From: Polyangiales bacterium
GTDB lineage: Bacteria > Myxococcota_A > Polyangia > Polyangiales > Polyangiaceae
Reading direction: 5' to 3'
NCBI GenBank assembly: GCA_038230375.1
Contig: JBBRNJ010000041.1
Location: 11,635-75,634 of the forward strand
DNA: 64,000 nucleotides
The position numbers and the translations under genes were made by a program. Shown piece after piece: positions 9,806 through 18,540 of the stretch (positions are counted from its first letter, which is position 1; each line of letters opens with the position of its first letter). The notes below the pieces were generated by a model. It made no database searches, was not told where the DNA came from, and saw only the letters and a list, made by a program, of their open reading frames with translations.

Positions 9806-10924
9806 GTGGGGACCATCGAGGCAGGCCTCTCGCTCATGGTGGAGCCCGACTTCCTCGGCGCGACGCTGCCGCTCTTCGAGGCGGGCGTGGTCCGCTGCGT
9901 GGAGTGGAGCGTGGACCTGGGATGGAGCGCGCGCGGCATCCCCGAGTGGCTGCACGACCTGCTCGCGGAGTACGAAGCGAAGGACGCGCTCTACGCGCAC
10001 GGCGTCCACTTCTCGCCCTTCTCCGCGGAGTGGCAACCCGAGAAGGACGGATGGCTCGCGAACATGGCGCGCGAGCGCAAGGCGCGCACCTACCGCACGC
10101 TCTCGGAGCATGTGGGCTTCAGCACGGTGCCCGGCGTGCGCATCGGCGCGCCGTTTCCGTTTCCATTCTGCGACGCGGCGCGCGAGCTGGGCGTTGCCCG
10201 CCTGAGGAAGCTGCATGAGGTGTCCGGCGTCCCCGTGGCTCTCGAAAACCTGCCGCTTTCGTTCTGCGAGGCGGACGTGTGGGCGCAGGGCCCATTCCTG
10301 CGCGCCGTTCTCGGCGACACGGATGGTCTCCTGCACCTGGACGTCCACAACCTCCACTGCCAGCTCGAGAACTTCGGATGCGATCCGGTCGCGCTCCTCG
10401 AGACGTACCCGCTCGAGCGTGTGCGGACGATGCATGTGTCGGGCGGCTCGTGGGCGGATGCGAGGAACGCGCACCACCCACGCATCCGTCAGGACACCCA
10501 CGACGAGGACGTGCCAGAGGCCGTATTTCAGCTGCTGGAGCAGGCGCTGAGGCGAGCGCCGAACGTGGAGGCGGTGTTTCTGGAGAGGCTCGGCGGGACG
10601 ACGAGGAGCGAGCGGGATGCCGAGCAGTTACGTGTAGACTACAAGCGAATGGCGGAGGTCGTGGCGGGGGGGAGATCGACGAGGACTTCGACAACGACAG
10701 CGACAACGACCTCGACCCCGACCTCGACTTCGACCTTCGACCTTGGTGCGTTGGCTTCGTTTCAGCGCTCTCTCATCGACGTCCTGCTGGATGGCGAGGA
10801 CGCGGCTGAGGCATTTCGCGTGAGCTCTCCTCCGCAGTGGCGAGCGATTACCCGTGCCTATGAGCCTCGCATGCTTCGGCTCGCCGCTCGTATCGCGAAC
10901 TCGTATACGCTCAGGAACCCATGA
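9806..10924 (+). CDS. DUF692 family multinuclear non-heme iron oxidase (MNIO), ChrH-like, with C-terminal extension
   Basis: AHGVHFS, LSEHVGF, ALENL, LHLDVHNL, MHVSGG, DTHDEDVP, VFLER: metal-ligand pattern of the DUF692/MbnB/TglH/ChrH TIM barrel. Confidence 0.9.
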   Translation: MGTIEAGLSLMVEPDFLGATLPLFEAGVVRCVEWSVDLGWSARGIPEWLHDLLAEYEAKDALYAHGVHFSPFSAEWQPEKDGWLANMARERKARTYRTLSEHVGFSTVPGVRIGAPFPFPFCDAARELGVARLRKLHEVSGVPVALENLPLSFCEADVWAQGPFLRAVLGDTDGLLHLDVHNLHCQLENFGCDPVALLETYPLERVRTMHVSGGSWADARNAHHPRIRQDTHDEDVPEAVFQLLEQALRRAPNVEAVFLERLGGTTRSERDAEQLRVDYKRMAEVVAGGRSTRTSTTTATTTSTPTSTSTFDLGALASFQRSLIDVLLDGEDAAEAFRVSSPPQWRAITRAYEPRMLRLAARIANSYTLRNP

Positions 10925-11655
10925 TCCCCGAGCACGTCCTTCAAAAAATGCGGGCTGCATTGCTCGTTGCTGGGGCCGCCGGCTGCACGCGAACCGGCGC
11001 ATCATCCGATGCAGGGCCTGCGTCCAGCGGCAGCGACGGCAGCGCGGCGGGCCTTCAGGGCATCACCGACGCGACCACGGACGACGCGACCGCCCTTGAT
11101 GCGGGCGTCACCAACGACGACGCGATCAGCGACGCGGCCATGGACGGCGCGGTCGTCGCCTGCCCGTTCCACACGGAGGGCCACGCCAAGCTCGCCGACG
11201 GCGGCGTGCAACAGGCCAGGCCCGATCCGGGACTCTCGATCATCGGCATCGGCGGCCGCATGCACGACTCATGTCCCGGCTGCGGCATGGGCGGAATGCG
11301 CCCCGATCCGATCACGCCGAGCGTGCAGCAGGGTGACGTACAGATCGTGAGCGTCACCGGCATGGACGATGCGCAGGCAAGCCAGCTCCGGCGCCTCCTG
11401 GCCGGCCAGCGCGCCGGGATGCGCGCGTGCTACCGCGCTGCGCTGAACAACGACCCCACGCAGGAGGGCAAGGTCACCATGACGATCACCTTCGATGGCC
11501 ACGGCGAGGTGAAGAATGTGGCGATCCAGAACACGGGCGGTCTCCAGGCGGCCATGCTCACGTGCGTCAGCCGGCGGATCAAGAACCTGTCTGCCGAGCC
11601 CGAGCTGGCCGGAGCCACCGCAACGGCCCGCTTCACCTTCGCGGTGCAGAAGTAG
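10921..11655 (+). CDS. Putative lipoprotein with internal CPGCGMG motif and C-terminal AgmX/PglI (TonB-C-like) domain; candidate MNIO substrate
   Basis: MIPEHVLQKMRAALLVAGAAGC signal, acidic linker, HDSCPGCGMG (11272-11292), then MRACYRAALNNDPTQEGKVTMTITFDGHGEV...CV...F. ATGA overlap with the MNIO gene. Confidence 0.8.
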   Translation: MIPEHVLQKMRAALLVAGAAGCTRTGASSDAGPASSGSDGSAAGLQGITDATTDDATALDAGVTNDDAISDAAMDGAVVACPFHTEGHAKLADGGVQQARPDPGLSIIGIGGRMHDSCPGCGMGGMRPDPITPSVQQGDVQIVSVTGMDDAQASQLRRLLAGQRAGMRACYRAALNNDPTQEGKVTMTITFDGHGEVKNVAIQNTGGLQAAMLTCVSRRIKNLSAEPELAGATATARFTFAVQK

Positions 11656-12546
11656 TCACGCGCTCGCCGCGGGCAGCGCGCGGTGAGGTCGCACCACGAG
11701 CCACGCGCCCGCGAGCACCAGCCCGCCACCGACGGCTCCGAGCACCGTCAGCCTCTCCCCGAGAAGCAGGATGGAGAGAGCGATCGCCACGATCGGCTCC
11801 AGCAGCGCGACCGTCGCCGCGAGGCTTGCGTCGATGCGCCGCACGCTCCATGCGAACAAGAGCCCGCCGAGCGCCCCCGGACCGATGGCGGCGAGCGCGA
11901 GGATCAACACGGGCGTCGGCGTGAGCTCGGACCACGCGTGCACGCCAGAGACCAGGAGCAGCACGGGCAGCGCAAAGACACCGTGCCACGCCATGAGCTC
12001 GCTCCCGGAGAACGACCCCGTGAGGCGCTTGTTCATGATCACGTTTCCCGCGTAGAACACGGCGGACAGTAGCCCGAACCCCGCGCCCACCAGCTGGTCA
12101 CGCGTGCCTGACACCTCCCATGGACGCAGCATGAGCGTGAGACCGATGAGCGACAGTCCGATCGCCGCGAATGTCGCGCGACGAACGCGCTCACGCAGAA
12201 GCATCGGAGCAAACACCGCGACCAGAAGCGGTCCGGTGTCGTGCGTGAGCGCCGCCACGGCCACGCTCGCGATCTTGTACGCGTAGAACAGGCACATCGC
12301 GTTCAGTGCGTCACCCACGCCAAGCCACACAACGCCCAGCCATTCCCGCGGCGACGCCTTCTTCTTCACGCGATCGAATGGCACAAGCGCGAACGACGTC
12401 ACCGCGATGACCGTCATGACGATCGCCGTCTTCACCGACGCGGGCACCGCGCCCTTCGAGTCCGCATAGCGCAAGAACAGCGGCCAGCTGCCCCACATGC
12501 ACGCCGCCGCGATCACCATCGCGATGCCGCTTTTGCGCTTGGTCAC
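11656..12546 (-). CDS. EamA/DMT family transporter
   Basis: About 10 hydrophobic helices, WGS, LLRER, LLEPIVAIALSILLLGERL. Confidence 0.9.
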   Translation of the reverse strand: MTKRKSGIAMVIAAACMWGSWPLFLRYADSKGAVPASVKTAIVMTVIAVTSFALVPFDRVKKKASPREWLGVVWLGVGDALNAMCLFYAYKIASVAVAALTHDTGPLLVAVFAPMLLRERVRRATFAAIGLSLIGLTLMLRPWEVSGTRDQLVGAGFGLLSAVFYAGNVIMNKRLTGSFSGSELMAWHGVFALPVLLLVSGVHAWSELTPTPVLILALAAIGPGALGGLLFAWSVRRIDASLAATVALLEPIVAIALSILLLGERLTVLGAVGGGLVLAGAWLVVRPHRALPAASA

Positions 12547-15158
12547 GGCTTGTCCGCGAGCTCTTTCAAGGTCGCGACCAGGTTGAGCGCCTCCAGCGGC
12601 GTGAGCTTGTTCGGGTCGAGCGAGCGGAGCGTCGCGAGGGCGGGATGCGGCGGTGGTGCATTCTGGAACAGACCGAGCTGCGGGCGCGGGACCAGCTCCT
12701 TCTCACCTGCCTTCCCCTCCTCCAGCCCGCTGAGGATCGCGCGCGCACGCGCCAGCACTGGCTCGGGCATCCCGGCCAACCGCGCGCACGCCACGCCGTA
12801 GCTCTGCGACGCGGGCCCCGCTTCCAGCTTGTGGAAGAACACCAGGTCGCCCTCGTGCTCGCGCGCGGTCACGCTGTAGTTCGCGCAACGCGGGCGGGAC
12901 TCCGCAAGCTCGGAGAGCTCGTGATAGTGCGTCGCGAACATCGCGCGGCATTTGATTGCATCATACAAGTATTCAGCAACTGCCCACGCGATCGAGAGAC
13001 CGTCGTAGGTGCTGGTGCCGCGGCCGATCTCGTCCAGGATCACCAGGGAGTTCTTCGTCGCGCGGCGGAGGACGTTGGCGGTCTCCTTCATCTCCACCAT
13101 GAACGTGCTCTCGCCCCTGGAGAGGTTGTCGCTGGCGCCCACGCGCGTGAGTACGCGGTCGACCACGCCGATGCGGGCACTGCGCGCGGGGACGTAGCTG
13201 CCCATCTGAGCGAGCACCACGCACAGCGCGACCTGCCGCATGAGCGTGGACTTGCCGGCCATGTTCGGTCCGGTGATCACCCAGAACCGCGCCAGGTCGG
13301 ACCTGTCCTTCGCAAGCGCATCCGCGTCGAGAAGGATGTCGTTCGGGACGAACCGCCCCGCCGCGGCCATGCGCTCGACCACGGGATGACGGCAGTCGGT
13401 GAGCGAAAGCGTGCGGCTCTCGTCCACGGTGGGGCACACGTAGTCGTGCAGGTGCGCGACCTCTGCAAGGCCCGCTGCGACGTCCCACTCGGCGAGCCGC
13501 TGCGCCACCTGTCGCAGCCGATCCACGTACGCGCCCAGCTTCTCGATCAGCGTGGCAAACAGCGCGGCTTCCAGCGCGCCGGCGCGGTCCTCGGCGGACA
13601 GTAGCTTCTGGGCCAGCGTGTCGAGCTCGTCGGTCGTGTAGCGCTCGCCGTTCGCGATCGTCTGCTTGCGGCGCCACGTGTCGGGCGCCTTGCCAACGTG
13701 GGAGCGCGTCACCTCGATGTACCAGCCGAACACGCGCGTGTAGCGCAGCTTCAGGCTCTGGATCTGCGTGGCGTCGCGCAGGCGCGTCTCGAGCTCCGTG
13801 ATGTGGTTCTGGCCGCCGCGCGCAAGGTCACGCACGCCATCCAGCTCCTCGTCGTAGCCCTCGCGGATGACGCCGCCGTCCGCGAGCTTGAGCGGTGGCT
13901 CCGCCGCGATCGCATTCTCGAGCAGCTCCTCGATGTCGCCACACGCGGGCAAGAGCTCGCCGTCCGAGGACAGCGCGGCCCGCACCTCCGCGTCGCGGCT
14001 CTTGCCGATCTCACCCGTGAGCTCCGGCAGCACGGACAGCGAGGCGCGAAGCGCAGCCAGATCACGCGGCTGGGCGCGGCGCGTCCCGATCTTCGTCGCA
14101 AGGCGCTCGATGTCCTGTGTGCGACCGAGCAGCGCACGCACCTTCGCGCGCAATGGCGTGTCCGTGGCGAAGACCGTGACCGCGTCCTGCCTGCGACGAA
14201 TGTCCGCGACGCGCAGCAGCGGGCTCGTGAGGCGGCGACGGAGCAACCGCGCGCCGGCGCTGGTCTTCGTTTCGTCGATCATGGTGATGAGCGCGCCACG
14301 CGTCTCGCCGTCCATCGTGCGCAGGAGCTCCAGGTGGGTCTGCGTGGACTCATCCATCACGAGCGTCTGCCCCAGGGGATAGAACGTGAGGCGCGCGATC
14401 GCGAGCGCGCCCTGCGGCTCGCAGGCCTTCGCGTACGAGAGCGCGCGCGCCGCCGCAACACGTGCCGCCGCGCTCTTCACGCTCCTGTCCGCCTCCCCTT
14501 TGCCAAGCACGGACGCAAGCTCGCGATCGGCCTCCGCGAGCGCAAGACCCGACGGCACCTCGCGCACCGCCAGCTTCGGCTTGCTCGCACGAACGCGAGC
14601 CGCGAGATCCTTCGCGTCGACCGGAACCAGCAGCTCCATCGGGTCCAGCCGCACCACCTCCGCGACGGCAGTCACCAGATCGTCCGCCTCGCAGCAAGCG
14701 AACTCACCAGTGGACACGTCCAGGAGCGCGATGCCGAACGACGACTCAAATGGAGTCACCGCGCACAGGAACGCGTTCTTCGTGGGCGACAGGCCCATGT
14801 CGTCGTAGGCGATCGCGGGCGTGACCACGCGCACGACGTCGCGCGGAACCAGACCCTTCACGGTCTTCGGGTCGGCCATCTGCTCGCAGATCGCGACCTT
14901 GAAGCCCTGGTCGAGCAGGCGCTGCAGATACGAGCTCGCCGCGTGATGCGGCACGCCGGCCATGGGGATCTCTTCGGGGTGTCCCTTGTTGCGCGCAGTC
15001 AGCGTGATGTCGAGCGCGCGCGCGACGGTGACGGCGTCCTCGAAGAACAGCTCGTAGAAATCGCCCATGCGAAAGAAGAGGAGCGCGTCTGGATAGCGCT
15101 CCTTCGCGGCCAGGAACTGCCGCATGACGGGCGTGTCGCGCGGAGATCCCTCGGCCAT
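12543..15158 (-). CDS. mutS: DNA mismatch repair protein MutS
   Basis: TPVMRQF, FFRMGDFYELF, ITGPNMAGKST, STFMVEM, LDEIGRGTSTYDG, FATHYHEL; ATG at 15158. Confidence 0.98.
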   Translation of the reverse strand: MAEGSPRDTPVMRQFLAAKERYPDALLFFRMGDFYELFFEDAVTVARALDITLTARNKGHPEEIPMAGVPHHAASSYLQRLLDQGFKVAICEQMADPKTVKGLVPRDVVRVVTPAIAYDDMGLSPTKNAFLCAVTPFESSFGIALLDVSTGEFACCEADDLVTAVAEVVRLDPMELLVPVDAKDLAARVRASKPKLAVREVPSGLALAEADRELASVLGKGEADRSVKSAAARVAAARALSYAKACEPQGALAIARLTFYPLGQTLVMDESTQTHLELLRTMDGETRGALITMIDETKTSAGARLLRRRLTSPLLRVADIRRRQDAVTVFATDTPLRAKVRALLGRTQDIERLATKIGTRRAQPRDLAALRASLSVLPELTGEIGKSRDAEVRAALSSDGELLPACGDIEELLENAIAAEPPLKLADGGVIREGYDEELDGVRDLARGGQNHITELETRLRDATQIQSLKLRYTRVFGWYIEVTRSHVGKAPDTWRRKQTIANGERYTTDELDTLAQKLLSAEDRAGALEAALFATLIEKLGAYVDRLRQVAQRLAEWDVAAGLAEVAHLHDYVCPTVDESRTLSLTDCRHPVVERMAAAGRFVPNDILLDADALAKDRSDLARFWVITGPNMAGKSTLMRQVALCVVLAQMGSYVPARSARIGVVDRVLTRVGASDNLSRGESTFMVEMKETANVLRRATKNSLVILDEIGRGTSTYDGLSIAWAVAEYLYDAIKCRAMFATHYHELSELAESRPRCANYSVTAREHEGDLVFFHKLEAGPASQSYGVACARLAGMPEPVLARARAILSGLEEGKAGEKELVPRPQLGLFQNAPPPHPALATLRSLDPNKLTPLEALNLVATLKELADKP

Positions 15159-15165
15159 GGGTCGA

Positions 15166-18100
15166 TCAGTAGTACGGCGAGTGGGAGAGTGAGAGCACGT
15201 TGAGGTCCACGAGCAGGAGCCCCTGCGCCTCCCCGTCGACGATCGCGACCTGCCCAAGGGAGTCGATGAACTTCATCGACTGAGGCGACACCGCGGTGGT
15301 GGTCGACGCAAGGTTGACGAAGAGCGGCTGGAACTGGCCACGGGTGGTGAACCGCCACTGTGAGTCGCGCGGCGGCTGGAAGTCCACGAACTGCGCCTGC
15401 GGCGGCACAGCGTCGGGGCTCTGCACGAAGCCATTCACGATGTAGAACGAGAACATCGGGTTTCGCATCGCGAGCGGCTGATTGCGACCGATCGGCGTCG
15501 CATCGGGGCTCTGCAGGTCGTCCATCTTCTTGCTGCCGTCGGCAAGGACCTGGGACACGCCAGGCGCTCGCGAGTTGAGCAGCGCATCGCGTGCGTTGCA
15601 CGACAGCACGCACTGACCGCCGATGCCTTCGGTGACGTGGTGCAGGAAGCCGTTCTTCGCGCCCTGCGTCACCCACTCGCCGCCGGTGCGTACGTTGAAC
15701 TGCACTTGATTGTGGAAGCAGCACTGCATCAACTTGAGGAAGGACTTGTTGCCCGCGTTCCGATCGAGGACCTCACGCGAGCTCGTGGACGCCGCCTGGG
15801 GCTTGGAATAGCCGTACCGACCAATGACAAGGTGGTCCTGATAGGCCTCCAGCACGGGGAAATCGCGCTGAACAGTCATGTCCGGGTTCACGTCCTCGCC
15901 GCTGCCAAACGTCACGGCGCATGCGTCGTACCGTTTTTGCGGCGTGGCAAGATCCACCTTCGCGTTTGCGTCGGACGCCGTTGGTGCGGGGATGTCCCAG
16001 CACGCCTGCGGCAGGCCCCAGTAGGGATCGTCGACCGGAAGGATGTCCTCCTTCAGCTGGACGTAGTCGGCGATCTTGTGATCGAGCCTGTCCGGCACGC
16101 TCACCTTGAGCTTTGCAGCTGCGCTGATGATCGCGGCAGCCTTTGCCCGGCCGATGCGGAAGTCCTCCACGCCGCGGCGGCAGAAGAGTCCCTGGTCGGT
16201 GGTGATGGTGATGGATGCGTAGTCGTCGGTGGTGGAGATGGCGCCCGCGAGTCCCTTCACGTTGGGGCCGATCCCCTCGAACGTGACGGTCCAGTCCTGA
16301 TCGAGGTGCACCTCGGGTGACTCGAACGCGAAGCGAATGTTCGGGATGGGCGACTGGGTGTGCGCGCGAGCGGGGTTGGGGTCTCCCGCGGTCGTGAACT
16401 CGTTCGGGTCGACGAGGCCGTTCTTGCCGGTCGGCATGAGGATGGGGATGCGCGTGGCGTCCTTGCCGATACCCTGGACAGAGCCAAGCACCCAGAGCTG
16501 CGGCAGCACGTCGAGACGAGGCAAGTGGTTACCGAGCGCCGGATCGTTGCGCAGGTATTGCAAGCTTCGCGAGCGGTGCGGCGCGCTGATGGGGAAGAAG
16601 CCCTCGAGCGTCACGGGCGACGTGAACGCCGTTGACGCGGTCGCTTCCGCCTCCGCGGCCGTCGGTGCGTGGTACGGGTTAAGGTCGTCGGCAGATGTAG
16701 GATCGGGCTGCCCGGGCGTGATGGAGCTGGGGCCTCCGTCTGCGATGATGGGGTCTGGTCTGCGACAGGGCGCGTCCCAGTCGTCCACGTCGATGGCGAC
16801 CATGGCGCCTGTGGTGAGCGTTGCGAAGCCGAAGATGCCGCGCAGGCGGTATGGCGACGGGCCGGCAATGCCGGAGATGCCCGGCGGGCCAATCGTGATC
16901 GCAGAGTTCGAGCGGTAGAACACGCCCAGATCCCGCACGGCCCCGGCGTCGCCGCTCAGGGTACCCAGACTCTTCGGGTCCGCCTTCGGGTTCGGGTTGC
17001 AGAGGAGACCCGTGAGCGCCGCGCCCGTGGCGTTCACGTCGAAGGTGAGCGGCCACTCGTTGCGTGCGAAGGCGAGTGTGGCGACGGGCGAGCTGAAGGA
17101 GATGCGGTCCGGCGCCTGGAATGGGTTGACCTCCGGATGCGGACGCGTGAGCGGTGAGCGCGAGCTGAGGTCCGGATCGGTCACGTCGTAGACGATGAGC
17201 GTGCCCTCCCTCGCGTCGATCGCGTAGAGGTAGCGCTTGAACTCGCGCGTGGGCGGGCTGACCGCGATCTGCGAGACGGTGACGCGGCGACTCGGGTCCG
17301 TGATGCTCGTGGCGAGCAGGGGCGGCAGCTCCTTCATGGTGCCGCTGCGAAGATCGATCACGTGGATGAGCGGGAGCACCGCATCCGCGACGTAGTAGAT
17401 CTGTCCGCTCAACGCAGCCGTGCCGCCGCGCGCCGCGAGATCCGGTGGTGCGTCGATGGGAAGGCCCGAGTCCGGCGTGAAGCCAGCGCCGGCCGCGCAG
17501 ATCGCAGCGCCCGTGGAGGGTACTTCTTCCGCGGGCGCGCCGCCGTCGACGTACTTGATGCCGTCGTCCCATGCGGGACCAGGCTGCACCTGCGAAGGCG
17601 CGAAGGCACCACCCGCGAGCTCGATGGCGCTGGTGATCGGGCACTTCGCGAGCGAGCCAGGCGCGACCTGTGGGCCTGCGTCCGCGAGCAGCGCGGCGCC
17701 GCGCAGGAACGGCCGCGGATCGATCGTGATGATCTTCGCGGACGTGCGCGCATCACCCGGAAGCACCACGACGACCTCGTAGCCGAGCGAGTCCGGCGCG
17801 GCCGTCGTGCCAGAGGTGCCGCCGTCGCCCGCGTCGCTCGCGCCGCCTTCGGTGTCGCCGTCCGTCGCAGCCGCATCTGTGCTGCCAGACGTGCCGCCGT
17901 CGGTCGCGGTGGTGGTAGCGAGGATCTGCGTGGGCACGATCGCGAGCGCGCTGGGCACCTGCGGGAGCGCGCACGCGGGCCAGTTCGTGATCTTCGGGCG
18001 CGATGAGCCGGGCGCGCCTTGCCAGTCACCAAGGACCTCGTCGTTGCGCAGCGCATAGATCGCAGGCTTGTTGATCTCAGCGGCGGCGACGAACGTGAGG

Positions 18101-18540
18101 AGGCCGTCAGGGGTGACGGCAATGTCCGTGGGGTTCTTGCCCACGACATGAAAGTTGAAGCCGGGCGTTGCCTGATCGATGTCTACGACGGTGCCCTGCG
18201 TGAGATCGACCACGGCGACCTCGCCGCGTCCGAGCTGCGTGACCAGCGCAAAGAGATGGTACGGCAGGTACGTGCCGTCCACGCCTGCGGGCACGGGCGC
18301 GCAGCGGCTCTGCGGCTGCGGCGTGGGCTTGATGAGCGTGCCGTCCGCGGGGTTGAGCACTTGCATGCACACTACATCCACCTTCTGCGCGCGCTCGAAC
18401 GTGCGCACGGGGACGGCGGTGGGCGTGGTGGTGCAGCTCGTCAGCAGCGCGGAGCCCGCGCCCATGGCAACGAGCACGGCAGCGCAGAGCAACAATGCGG
18501 CGCCCACGGTGGCAGCCACACGACGTCGACGGCTCTTCAC
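15166..18540 (-). CDS. Large secreted/lipoprotein, probably beta-propeller containing
   Basis: N-terminal hydrophobic segment ending LLTSC; VGKNPTDIAVTPDG blade-like motif; 1124-aa ORF coupled to neighbours. Confidence 0.75.
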   Translation of the reverse strand: MKSRRRRVAATVGAALLLCAAVLVAMGAGSALLTSCTTTPTAVPVRTFERAQKVDVVCMQVLNPADGTLIKPTPQPQSRCAPVPAGVDGTYLPYHLFALVTQLGRGEVAVVDLTQGTVVDIDQATPGFNFHVVGKNPTDIAVTPDGLLTFVAAAEINKPAIYALRNDEVLGDWQGAPGSSRPKITNWPACALPQVPSALAIVPTQILATTTATDGGTSGSTDAAATDGDTEGGASDAGDGGTSGTTAAPDSLGYEVVVVLPGDARTSAKIITIDPRPFLRGAALLADAGPQVAPGSLAKCPITSAIELAGGAFAPSQVQPGPAWDDGIKYVDGGAPAEEVPSTGAAICAAGAGFTPDSGLPIDAPPDLAARGGTAALSGQIYYVADAVLPLIHVIDLRSGTMKELPPLLATSITDPSRRVTVSQIAVSPPTREFKRYLYAIDAREGTLIVYDVTDPDLSSRSPLTRPHPEVNPFQAPDRISFSSPVATLAFARNEWPLTFDVNATGAALTGLLCNPNPKADPKSLGTLSGDAGAVRDLGVFYRSNSAITIGPPGISGIAGPSPYRLRGIFGFATLTTGAMVAIDVDDWDAPCRRPDPIIADGGPSSITPGQPDPTSADDLNPYHAPTAAEAEATASTAFTSPVTLEGFFPISAPHRSRSLQYLRNDPALGNHLPRLDVLPQLWVLGSVQGIGKDATRIPILMPTGKNGLVDPNEFTTAGDPNPARAHTQSPIPNIRFAFESPEVHLDQDWTVTFEGIGPNVKGLAGAISTTDDYASITITTDQGLFCRRGVEDFRIGRAKAAAIISAAAKLKVSVPDRLDHKIADYVQLKEDILPVDDPYWGLPQACWDIPAPTASDANAKVDLATPQKRYDACAVTFGSGEDVNPDMTVQRDFPVLEAYQDHLVIGRYGYSKPQAASTSSREVLDRNAGNKSFLKLMQCCFHNQVQFNVRTGGEWVTQGAKNGFLHHVTEGIGGQCVLSCNARDALLNSRAPGVSQVLADGSKKMDDLQSPDATPIGRNQPLAMRNPMFSFYIVNGFVQSPDAVPPQAQFVDFQPPRDSQWRFTTRGQFQPLFVNLASTTTAVSPQSMKFIDSLGQVAIVDGEAQGLLLVDLNVLSLSHSPYY

